From: an uncultured Chloroflexia bacterium
Lineage (GTDB): Bacteria; Chloroflexota; Limnocylindria; Limnocylindrales; CSP1-4
DNA length: 64,000 nt
Assembly (NCBI GenBank): GCA_963814115.1
Contig: CAWFBS010000006.1
Span: 267,096-331,095 of the forward strand
Direction: 5' to 3'
Shown: positions 16,782 to 26,175 of the stretch, piece by piece
Numbering within the stretch: the stretch's first letter is position 1
How the letters are laid out: the number at the start of each line of letters is the position of its first letter
Translations under genes and position numbers: made by a program
The notes under the pieces: model-generated
What the model was told of the DNA's origin: nothing
What the model saw: only the letters and a program-made list of their open reading frames with translations
The model's database searches: none

Positions 16782-19700
16782 TCACGACACCATCGGGGAC
16801 GCGGCGGAGTGACCGGCCCGATCCGCTGAACGAACCGTCGCCGCGTCGAGCCGGGCGATGAACGGCGCGGCCTGGAGCCGAACGAGGATCTCGCGGGCGG
16901 CCGTCGGCGGCCGGCCGGACCTCCGGATCGGAAGGCTCGAGCAACGTCGCCATGGTGATCGCCGTGAGAGCCTCGCGCCAGGGCGCGCCGAGGTCGCGCC
17001 ACCCTGCGAGCGCCTCCCGGAAGGCCGACAGCGCCTCTCCTCCACGCCCTTCGAGCGCCGCCAGCCCGGCCCGGACCGTCCGGCGGTTCACGTCGACGAT
17101 CCTGCCGTGTGCCCCGGTCGCGTCCAGGGCCGCGAGCGCGGCGGCCGCCCGCTGACCGGTCGCGCTCCCAGAGCGCGCAGATGGCGGCATACGGGTAGAG
17201 GTGGCTCGCCTCATCGCGGGCAAACGTGCCCGCACTCCGTCACCGCGTCGTAGGCATCGGAAAGCCGGCCCGCCCCGAAGGCGACCCAGAAGCGCACGTC
17301 GAGGATCGACTCGCGCCATGACGTCTTCGTCCGAGGCGACCGATGAAACCGCTCCAGCCAGGCTTGTCTCCTCCGCCAGGTCCTCCCCGCGCAGGGAACC
17401 GACCATGAGACGACTGTACGGTCAGAAACGCCCGCTCGACGTCCTCCGGCGCGGTCCCCATGGCAGCGTCGATCTCAGCGCGCGCCCAGTCCCAGTCGCC
17501 CGTGTCCAATGGCGGCCTGCGTCGCGTTCACCAGAGTGAAGGCGTATCCGGCGCGATCGCCGCGCCGCGCCGCCGACGCATGAGCGCAGTCCGAGCGGCG
17601 TCGAACACTCCCCGGACGTCCGAGTCGATCAGGTACCCACTGAGGTTGTTCAGGCCTCTCCAGGTGATCGCCGCCAATCCGTTCGTCTCGGCAAGGTCGA
17701 TCCCCGTCCGGATTGCGCCAACGCCTTCGTAGGAGCGACGGAGAGAGCACAGGGCGGAACCGCGGGTGACCAGCGTGTCGGCCACGAGCGCCACGAGGTC
17801 GCCCCGCTCGGCCGCGGCCAGGGCACGATCGGCGACCTCGACCCCGCGCTGATGCTGCTGGCCGACGAAAGAGCGCCCGGGCGAGCTGACTGTCGAGGGC
17901 GACGGCCTCGGGGTCCCCGGCGAGGTCGGCGAACTCCGTGGCGGCGGGCTCGAGGATCGCCAGCGCCCGGCCGTAGCGGTTGCCGTGGATCAGCGCTGCA
18001 CCGAGCTCGGCGGTCGTGCGGGCGAGCCGCGGAGCGATCACCGAGCCCGCGGTGGATGTCGATGGCCTCGCACGAGATAGCGCTCCGCCGCCTCGTGGTC
18101 GGCCGCGAGGGAAGCCGAATGACCGGCACCGCTCGCGGAGGAGGGCCTGATCTCGCAGGTCGGTCGTCACGCTGAGCGCCTCCTCGAGGAAGGCGACGGC
18201 CTGCGCGTGGGAGCCCAGGGCGATGGCACGCTCGGCAGCCGCCCGGAGCGCCACCCGGGCCTGGGCCGCAAGGGTGTCCGCCTCGGGCCCCCGGGCGCGT
18301 TCCGGTGGGCGGCGAGGTAGTGGCCGGCAAGGGCGGCCGGCGAGCTCGTCGGTCCCGAGCGACTCGAAGTAGCGGGCGGCGGCGAGGTGACGGACCTTCC
18401 GGTCGCGCTTCGCGAGCGTGTTGTAGGCGACCTCGCGGACCAGCGATTGGACGAAGGCGTACTGGCCCCGCTCGGGGCTGCGCGGGTTGCCCTCGACCGC
18501 GAGGAGCTCGCGCCGAGCGAGGCTCCGCAGGCGCGGCTCGAGGGCCGGCTCGTCGATCCCGCTGACGGCCGCCAGGGCCAGCGAGGCGTGAAGGTCTGGC
18601 CGAGAACGGCGGCATCGAGCAGGAGGACCCGGTCGGCGGGCCTCGAGGGCATCGAGCCGGGCGGCGACGAGCTCGGTCAGCGTCTCGGGCACAGCGATGT
18701 CCGCGAGATCACCGGTCGGCCGGTAGGCCCCGTCGCTCGCCACGAGCTTGCCGTCGGCGAGGAGCATCCGGACCGTCTCGACCGCGTACAGGGGGACCCC
18801 GTCGGCCCGCTCGACGATCGAGCTGGACGGCCGCCTCGGGGAGCCCGGGGACGAGGCCGGCGAGGAGCTCGCGCATGGCGGCCTCCGGCAGCGGCTCCAG
18901 GTGGAGGGTCGCAAAGTTGCGCCGACCAGCGCCCCAGCCGGGACGGCGCTCGAGCAACTCCGGGCGCGCCAGCGTGAGGACGTAGATCGGCACGCCCCGC
19001 GACCAATCGAGCAGGTGGTCGATGAAGTCGAGGAGGCCCGAGTCGGCGTGGTGGAGGTCCTCGAAGACCATCACCACCGGGGCGACCGCTGCGAGCCGCT
19101 CGAAGAAGGTCCGCCAGGCGCTGAAGAAGTGCGCCGGGCCGGCGGCGCTCGCCTCGACCCCCAGCAGGGCAAGGAGAGCCGGCTCGATCCAGCGCCGCTC
19201 GTCGGGATCGGGCACATGGGCAGCCACCGTCTCGGCGATCTTGCGGCGCGTCGTCGCCTCGTCGTCGGTCTCGAGGAGGCCGGCCCGTGCGCGGACCATC
19301 TCGCCGAGCGCCCAGAACGTGATCCCGTCCCCGTAGGCGGGGCAGCGTCCTTCGTGCCAGAAGGTATCCTCGGCGAGCCCGTCGGCGTACTTGAGGAACT
19401 CCCAGGCGAGCCGCGTCTTGCCGATCCCGGCCTGGCCGGTGACCGAGACGTGGCGCGGCCGGCGCTCGCGGGCCGTGGCGTGGAAGAGGTCCTTGAGGAG
19501 GCGCAGCTCGTCGTCGCGGCCGACGAAGGGGGCCTCGAGCGTCTCCGCCCGGTTGCGGCCACCCCGTTCCGCGACGACGCGGAGGGCCCGCCAGGCGGGC
19601 ACTGGGGCGGTCTTGCCTTTGAGGGTCTGCTCGCCGGCCGGCTCGAAGACGATCGCCGCGGAGGCCGCCCGGGCAGTGGCTTCCCCGACGAGCACCGCGC

Positions 19701-20319
19701 CGGGCGGGGCGACCGACTGGAGCCGGGCGGCCGTGTTGACGAGGTCCCCGGCGACCATCCCCTGGCCGGTCGCGCCGATCGTCACGGCGGCCTCGCCAGT
19801 CAGGACCCCGGCCCGGGCAGCGATCGCAGGACCGAGCGTCCGGACAGCGTCGACGAGCTCGAGCCCGGCCCGCACCGCCCGTTCGGCGTCATCCTCGCGG
19901 GCGAGCGGGGCGCCCCAGACCGCCATGACGGCGTCGCCGATGAACTTCTCGACGCTCCCGCCGTGGCGGGCGATCACCTCGCCGGCGAGCTCGAAGTACC
20001 GAGAGAGCGTTTCGCGGACCTCCTCGGCGTCGCGCTCCTCGGCGAAGGGGGTGAAGCCGACCAGGTCAGCGAAGAGGACCGAGACGTGCCGGCGCTCGGC
20101 CACGGGAACGGGAGTCCGTGCGGGAGCTTCGGAGCGCCGCATCGCCGCAGGGGGTGGCGTTGCTCCGGTCACGAGCGGGGTCGCGCATTCGCCGCAGAAC
20201 TTCGCGTCGGCGCTGTTGGTCGCACCGCAGGACGGACAGCCCAACGCGAGTCGAGACGCACACTCCTTGCAGAACTTGCGCCCCGCCTCATTCTCGGTCC
20301 CGCAGTTCGCGCAGACCAC
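16782..20319 (-). pseudogene. Double zinc ribbon + class III nucleotide cyclase + AAA/STAND ATPase + TPR-like tail; 3' half multiply frameshifted
   Basis: CANCG..FCKEC..CPSCG..FCGEC; FADLVGFT, EKFIGDAVMA, GDLVNTAARLQ; FVGRDDEL, GQAGIGKTRL, FEDLH; C-terminal part spread over all three minus frames. Confidence 0.8.
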
Positions 20320-20586
20320 CCGGCGCTCCAATGCGACGTGAGGGACCGAGCGTACCGCAGGTAGCCCGCTACCGACAGGGGGATCTGTCGCCGCGACCGC
20401 ACCGACCCGCCGCCCGCCTCACGGCTCACCGCTCGATTTGTCTGTCAACTCGATTTGCCTGCCAAACGGCTCTGGCGAGCCAGGGCCGCCCGCAGTGGAG
20501 TGATCGCTGGCGACCGGGCCGCCACCAACAACCCGTGCCACCCGTCTCATCGGTGGCCCAACCCGCACCACGAGCAGCGGCGACAG

Positions 20587-21591
20587 ATGAACGCAAAGCG
20601 CCGTGCCGCGTCCCTTCTCATTGGGGTGATCCTTGCGGCGTGCGCGGGCACGTCGAGCCCGGCCGCGACGCCCGGCGCGAATGTGACTCCCGCAGCGCCC
20701 GCTTCGCTGCCACTGTCGGGCTCGACGGCGAGCCCGACAACATCGCCCAGCCCGACGCCCACGCCCATCGTGTTGCCCTCCGCTCCGGCGCCGGTTCCAT
20801 CACCCGATGCTGGGCCGACGCCCGGGCTGGAGAACACGCTCGTGGCCCGCATCTTCGTGTACCCCGACGTGACGGTCGGCCGGATCCCCCCGATGCTCAG
20901 CGTCTACGCGGACGGCCGGGTCCTCCTGCCCTCCTGGAGCGCAGATGGGAGGATGGACTTCATCGCCCGCCGGCTCACCCCGGCCGGCCTGGCGGCGCTT
21001 CGCTCGGCTCTCGAAGCAAGCGGGTTCTTCGCCGGCGACATCGAGATCCCGCCGACGCAGGCGACCGACTCCGGCTACACGACGTACACCGTCTCGCTCC
21101 GGGTCGGAGACCGACTCGCCACCGCCCGCACGACGAACTCCGCGATGTCGGCGCAGGGTCGTGCGCTCGTGGACCTCGCCGAGCGGTGGACGCATCCCGA
21201 GCGCGTGCTTCCCGCGGACGCCTGGCTTCCCGGTCAGTCCATCTACCAGGGGTCGAGCTGGTACCTAGTGCTGCGGCTCCTGCCGGACTTCGTCTCGACC
21301 CAGGATGTGGACTCGACGGCGCTCGAGGCGGAGATCGGCGACCTGGCGTCGTTCGGCCACCTGATGGAGGCGTTCGAGGACGGGAGCACGGTCCGCTGCG
21401 GGATCGTCGGGGCGGCCGCCGTCGCGCGGATCGTGGCTGCCCTGGTGGCCGAGGGCGTCTACGCCGAGGCGGGCGGAGCCGAGTACCGCGCCGACATGCG
21501 CTGGGTCGGCGGCAACGGGATCGTCACTCTCGGTGCCTACCTGATGCTGCCGGACGACCCGGTCACGTGCCCCGCGGACATCATCGTGTGA
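20587..21591 (+). CDS. Hypothetical lipoprotein with Pro/Thr/Ser linker
   Basis: MNAKRR + hydrophobic stretch + LAAC; SPSPTPTP linker; PMLSVYADGRVL domain. Confidence 0.75.
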   Translation: MNAKRRAASLLIGVILAACAGTSSPAATPGANVTPAAPASLPLSGSTASPTTSPSPTPTPIVLPSAPAPVPSPDAGPTPGLENTLVARIFVYPDVTVGRIPPMLSVYADGRVLLPSWSADGRMDFIARRLTPAGLAALRSALEASGFFAGDIEIPPTQATDSGYTTYTVSLRVGDRLATARTTNSAMSAQGRALVDLAERWTHPERVLPADAWLPGQSIYQGSSWYLVLRLLPDFVSTQDVDSTALEAEIGDLASFGHLMEAFEDGSTVRCGIVGAAAVARIVAALVAEGVYAEAGGAEYRADMRWVGGNGIVTLGAYLMLPDDPVTCPADIIV

Positions 21592-21870
21592 CGGTGGCTG
21601 ACACCCCCACCACCTCGCCCGGCTCTAGTGGCCGCCGTGCCCGGCCGTGCTGTCGTCAACGCAGCCATCGAACGGCCACGCTATCGGAGCGACCAGGCAG
21701 GCGCCGCCGATCCGGGCCCGATCGGCCCGACGAGTTCGAGCCATCTGGCAATTCGATACATCATGGCCGGGTGACACATAGTCGGCCGAGATGCCGACCT
21801 TGCTGACCTCCCCGACCGCGGTGGACACGGCACCGCGACCCGACCAGGGCGTGGCGAGCCCGCGATCCCG

Positions 21871-23122
21871 GTGAGAACGCACACGATCCGGGTCCGGCTC
21901 GACGAACAGGGTCACCTCGTCCTGCCCGCGAAGCTGGCCGAGCGGTTCGGGCTCGTCGACGGCGCGGCCGTCCGCCTCGATGAACGCGCCGACACGCTCA
22001 CCATCGGCCGGGCGACCGCAAGCCTCGCCCGGGTGTACGTGGAGCCGACGACCCTCTGCAACCTGCTCTGCAGCACCTGCATCCGCAACGTGTGGGACGA
22101 GCCGCAGGGATTGATGTCGACGGACACGTTCGCCCGGATCATCGAGGGCGTGCAGGAGGTCTCGCCTCTCCCGACCCTGTTCTTCGGTGGGTTCGGCGAA
22201 CCGTTCGCGCATCCAGACCTCGTCTCGATGCTCGCCGCCGCGAAGTCGGTCGGCTGTCGGGTCGAGCTCATCACGAACGGCACGCGGCTTGCCGACGAAG
22301 CCCGACGCGAACTCGTTCGCATCGGGCTCGACCGGCTGTGGGTCTCGATTGACGGGGCGACGCCCGAGAGCTACGCCGACGTCCGTCTATGGGACGCCTT
22401 GCCGGAGGTGATCGAGAACCTCACTCGACTGAAGGAGCTGCGCACGACCCATGGTGCCGGGCTGCCCAGGCTCGGGATCGCGTTCGTGGCAATGAAGCGG
22501 AACATCGCGGACCTTCGAGAGGTCGTCTGCCTGGGTCAGAAGCTGGGGGCTGACCGGTTCTCGGTCAGCAACGTCCTTGCACACACACGCGAGATGCGCG
22601 ACCAGGTGCTCTATGCCAACTCGATCGACACGGAAGAGGTCGAGCCCTCCATATGGGATCCGGAGATCTCGCTGCCGCGGATGGACATCGACGCGCTGAC
22701 CACCGAGCCTCTCGTTCGAGCCCAGGCGGGCCGTGACCGGGCGGTGGCTCCCGGACCCAGCGCGAGGACCCCGCTCGAACACTTGTCCCTTCGTCCAGAA
22801 GGGCAGCGTCTCGGTACGCTGGGATGGGGCCGTCAGCCCGTGTCTGCCGCTACTCCACACCCACCGCAGCTACCTGGACTTTCGGCCCCGGATGAGCCAC
22901 GCCTTCTCCGTGGGCAACGTCAATCAACGGAGCCTGATCGACTTGTGGAACGATCCCGGCTACGTGGGGCTGCGCGAACGGCTCCTGGCCTTCGACTTCG
23001 CGCCCTGCACCATCTGCAACAGCTGCGACATGGCCGACGAGAACCTCGAGGACTGTTTCGGGAGCCCGACCCCGGCGTGCGGCGGCTGCCTCTGGGCACA
23101 GCGGTTCATCCAGTGCCCGTAG
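21871..23122 (+). CDS. Radical SAM/SPASM protein with N-terminal AbrB-like domain (tungsten-oxidoreductase maturase-like); frameshift near 22730
   Basis: RLDEQGHLVLP; CNLLCSTC; GGFGEP; ITNGT; second frame CPFV..VSPC..CTICNSC..DC..CGGCLWAQRFIQCP. Confidence 0.8.
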
Positions 23123-23242
23123 GGGCGACTGCTCGCGGGCTCGGGACCCGCTTACCGGTCGCTGTTCGGCGACCCACCACCAGTCAGGTTCAGGAACGCC
23201 GCCTGTGCAACACCCGCGCCCGTCAAGCGTCTTGTCTGCAAC

Positions 23243-23315
23243 GCGGGAGGCGATGACACGCGGCCCATGTCCCGGTCGCCGCGACCGCGCCGAGCCATTG
23301 GCGAGACCAATCCGC
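23243..23315 (+). ncRNA. c-di-GMP-II-like riboswitch aptamer (variant), copy 2
   Basis: P1 GCGGG/UCCGC; P2 GGC/GCC with GAU bulge and tandem GA (kink-turn); P3 CGCGG/CCGCG; loop GGUCGCC complementary to GGCGA(GA)CC; followed by SD GAGGAGG. Confidence 0.75.
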
Positions 23316-23344
23316 GATGCGTCCCGGATCGAGGAGGGAACGCG

Positions 23345-25126
23345 ATGCGTGGCGTGCGGATCGGCTCCGGGGGCCGGATCCTGTCTCTCGGCATCGGCCT
23401 GGCGCTGATCATCACGATGGCCGACGTCACGCCGGCGGGCGCCGCGACGGTCACGAACATCTGGCAGGCGAAGGTAGGGAGCGCCGGGGCAAACGGCACC
23501 GCGACGATCCAGGCGTACACGAGTGGAACGGGCTCGATCGCGCTCAAGCTCGCGAAGCTCACGGCGTCGACCAGCCTGCCGGTCAGGATCACCAAGGGGA
23601 CGTGCAGTTCTGTCGGCGCGGTCCTCCTCACGCTCCCGTCGATCAAGACGACGAACGTCGGGGCGGCATCACGGACGTCCTCCTTGAGTGCGACGCAGGT
23701 CAAAGCGGTGGCGATCGCCACGACCGGCCCGAGTGGGATCGCGATCCGTGTGGGTTCCGGCTCGACCCTGAAGTGCGGCGTCTTCAGGTCGAAGCCAGTC
23801 GTCACCGTCTCGGGTCCTGCAGGGGTCCTGACAACCGGGGGGACGGGAACGTTCACGGCCACGGTCCGCGGCTCATCCAACACCGCGGTCGCCTGGTCTG
23901 TCGTGGAGCGCGGTGGCGGGTCCATCACCCAGGATGGCGTCTACACGGCGCCCGCGACGCCTGGCACCTACACCGTGAAAGCGACGTCCCAAGCCGACAC
24001 CACCGCCTCGGGCACCGCCCGAGTGCCGGTCGTCATCCCGGTCGGCCACGTCCCGGGCTACGACGTGGGGGTGGACTACTACTCCTACGCCGTGGACTTC
24101 CACTCATCGGCGTTCATCACGCAGTACCAGAAGCCGGCCGTCCGCCAGACCGTCCGGACGCAGCTCCAGGGGATGGCGGACCGCGGCGCGACGGTCATCT
24201 CGACGCGGATCTGGTTCGTCACCGAGCCCGGGACGACGAACTTCGGGGACACGTGGCGGGCGACCTTCCCCATGAGCGACCAGGAGAAGCAGAACCTCCG
24301 CGCGTTCGCCCAGGACGTCGCGGCCGTCCGGGGTGCCGGGGGTAACCGGCTCCGCCTCGACCTCGGCCTGTTCTGGCTTGGCGCGGCCGACTACACCAGG
24401 GGTACCCTGGCCTCGGGCCTCGGCTGGACGCCACTCGCGCCCACGGAGTTCACGCGCCGCGTCGCGGTGACGACCGACAAGGTCCTCGCCGCCGTTGCCG
24501 GCGTGAAGAGACCCGACGGGGTGCTCGTCGTTGACACGATCTACCTCGACGGCGAGGTCATGGTCGGGGCCAAGGCCAACCAGGAGTGGTTCCTCACGAC
24601 GCACTACCCGCGCTTCGTGGCCCGCGTGGCCGCGGCGGGCTTCCGGCCGTCGCTCTACTTCAACGTTGCGAGTGCCGCCGAGGATGTCCTGGCTCCCGGC
24701 TACATCGACGCGGACTACCACCCGATCCTCGACGGTCACATCTCGATGTTCTGGGTGTATCGCAGCCTGAGGTTCATGGCCGACCACGGCCTGCCGCTCC
24801 CCGACCGGGTGGACTTCTCGTGGTACGTCCCAGCGACCGCCGACGCCTCCTCCGCCACGCTGCTGGCGCGCGTCCTCGACGACGCGGACGCGACGCTGCC
24901 ATCGCTCGGCCTGCCGAAGACGTACGGAATCGCCGAGACCTACTACTACGTCGACGCCACGCCGCGCCGGGAACTCGGGCAGGCGATCGCCGCACAGGCG
25001 GCCGCCAACCCGCGCCTGCAGCGGGTTACGTTCTGGACGCCGGGCTGGGGTCCGACCGGGTCACACCTCGGGTACCCGTTCGCCATCGAGGACTTCTACC
25101 CGCCTGCCGACGCAACGGGCGGCTAG
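23345..25126 (+). CDS. Secreted protein: N-terminal beta domain, Ig-like domain, putative glycoside hydrolase TIM barrel
   Basis: Signal peptide ending AGAA; FTATVRG..VAWSV..GSITQDGVYTAP..GTYTVKATS; GVDYY, YLDGEV, IAETY, VTFW. Confidence 0.7.
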   Translation: MRGVRIGSGGRILSLGIGLALIITMADVTPAGAATVTNIWQAKVGSAGANGTATIQAYTSGTGSIALKLAKLTASTSLPVRITKGTCSSVGAVLLTLPSIKTTNVGAASRTSSLSATQVKAVAIATTGPSGIAIRVGSGSTLKCGVFRSKPVVTVSGPAGVLTTGGTGTFTATVRGSSNTAVAWSVVERGGGSITQDGVYTAPATPGTYTVKATSQADTTASGTARVPVVIPVGHVPGYDVGVDYYSYAVDFHSSAFITQYQKPAVRQTVRTQLQGMADRGATVISTRIWFVTEPGTTNFGDTWRATFPMSDQEKQNLRAFAQDVAAVRGAGGNRLRLDLGLFWLGAADYTRGTLASGLGWTPLAPTEFTRRVAVTTDKVLAAVAGVKRPDGVLVVDTIYLDGEVMVGAKANQEWFLTTHYPRFVARVAAAGFRPSLYFNVASAAEDVLAPGYIDADYHPILDGHISMFWVYRSLRFMADHGLPLPDRVDFSWYVPATADASSATLLARVLDDADATLPSLGLPKTYGIAETYYYVDATPRRELGQAIAAQAAANPRLQRVTFWTPGWGPTGSHLGYPFAIEDFYPPADATGG

Positions 25127-25266
25127 TCCGTTCAGGCGCGAAGGCGCTCGCGTCGCAATCGGGAGGCGATTCGCGGCCACATTGGCAGCGCGTCGCCGAG
25201 CGTTGCAGGTCGCGGATCAGGCCGCCCGTCCAGTAATCGTGTCGTCCCGATCACGAAGCCGGGGAG

Positions 25267-25342
25267 TGGAGCGGGAGACGGGGTTCGAACCCGCGACATG
25301 CAGCTTGGAAGGCTGCCGCTCTGCCAGCTGAGCTACTCCCGC
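25267..25342 (-). tRNA. tRNA-Gly (anticodon TCC)
   Basis: GCGGGAGTAGCTCAGCTGGCAGAGCGGCAGCCTTCCAAGCTGCATGTCGCGGGTTCGAACCCCGTCTCCCGCTCCA; cloverleaf with encoded CCA. Confidence 0.98.
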
Positions 25343-25384
25343 CCGCGATCTCTCGGCGCGACGAGAGGGAGCGTAGCACGGCGA

Positions 25385-25783
25385 GCGCCCGTACCGATCG
25401 CGCGTCGCCTGCCTCGGGCCCGCCTGAAGTCGGACGTTTCCGCCAACCGGCAAGAGGAGCACCGCTTCGGCGCCGGCCTGGGGCGCGAAGCACTCGACCG
25501 GCGTGCCCGGCTTGACCGAGTCCGGGGTGTCGAGACCGATCACACGCACGGTATCCGTCCGACCCGAGATGGTGACCTTCAAGGTGTCGCCGTCCACCAC
25601 GGGTGTCACACGCGCGGCGACGTCCGGTACGGGCGAAGTCGGGGCGGCCGACCGTATCGCTGCCGTCCCGACGGCCGCAACGGGCGCTACCTCCGGTCCC
25701 TGGGTCGCGGCCAGGTCGCCGCAGGCCGCGATGGTCGAAGCGGCCGCCACGAGCAGTACGAAGGTCGCGAAGCGGCGTCGCAT
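25385..25783 (-). pseudogene. Thermonuclease (SNase-like) lipoprotein, 3'-truncated
   Basis: IAAC lipobox; VVDGDTL..VRVIGLDTP..VECF..RDRYGR, then similarity ends and the frame runs into the tRNA. Confidence 0.7.
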
Positions 25784-25862
25784 GGCATCGATTGTGCTCG
25801 CCAGCGTGAAGACTCAAATGGCAAGCGGGCCCCGGGCCGCCGAGAGGCTTTACCCTTGGCGA

Positions 25863-26175
25863 ATGTGCCGCAGCATCCGCCCGCTCCGGGTCGTGGAGCC
25901 ACCCACGACCGACGGCGACGTTCGTGCCGCCGCCCTCCAGTACATCCGCAAAGTGAGCGGCTCGCGCACGCCGCCGCGGCGTAATGCGAGCGCGTTCGAG
26001 GCCGCGATCGCCGACGTCGCCGCCGCCACGACCCGTCTCCTCGAGGCGCTGGGCACGCCGCCTGTCGCGGGCGACCCGACACCACCTGCGCTCTGGCCTC
26101 GGACCGGCAACCCTCGCGCCCGTGCTCGCGCTCGCCGGTCTCGTCCCCGCCTCGACGTCGGAGCCGCACGCGTGA
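25863..26175 (+). CDS. DUF2277-family protein (3' end uncertain)
   Basis: MCRSIRPL..PPTTDGDVRAAALQYIRKVSG..NASAFEAAI; in frame with the next gene as assembled, but an off-frame TGA at 26173-26175 overlaps the next GTG. Confidence 0.7.

Noticed and set aside
22700-22760. Programmed frameshift in the radical SAM gene (also the one near 6270)
   Set aside because: No recognisable slippery heptamer; sequencing indel is simpler
13874-25126. Integron-like cassette array
   Set aside because: Mixed gene orientations, no repeated attC-like sites and no integrase; the only shared intergenic element is the riboswitch
25217-25783. 188-aa ORF spanning the tRNA as a true overlapping gene
   Set aside because: The C-terminal part is translated tRNA sequence following a truncated nuclease
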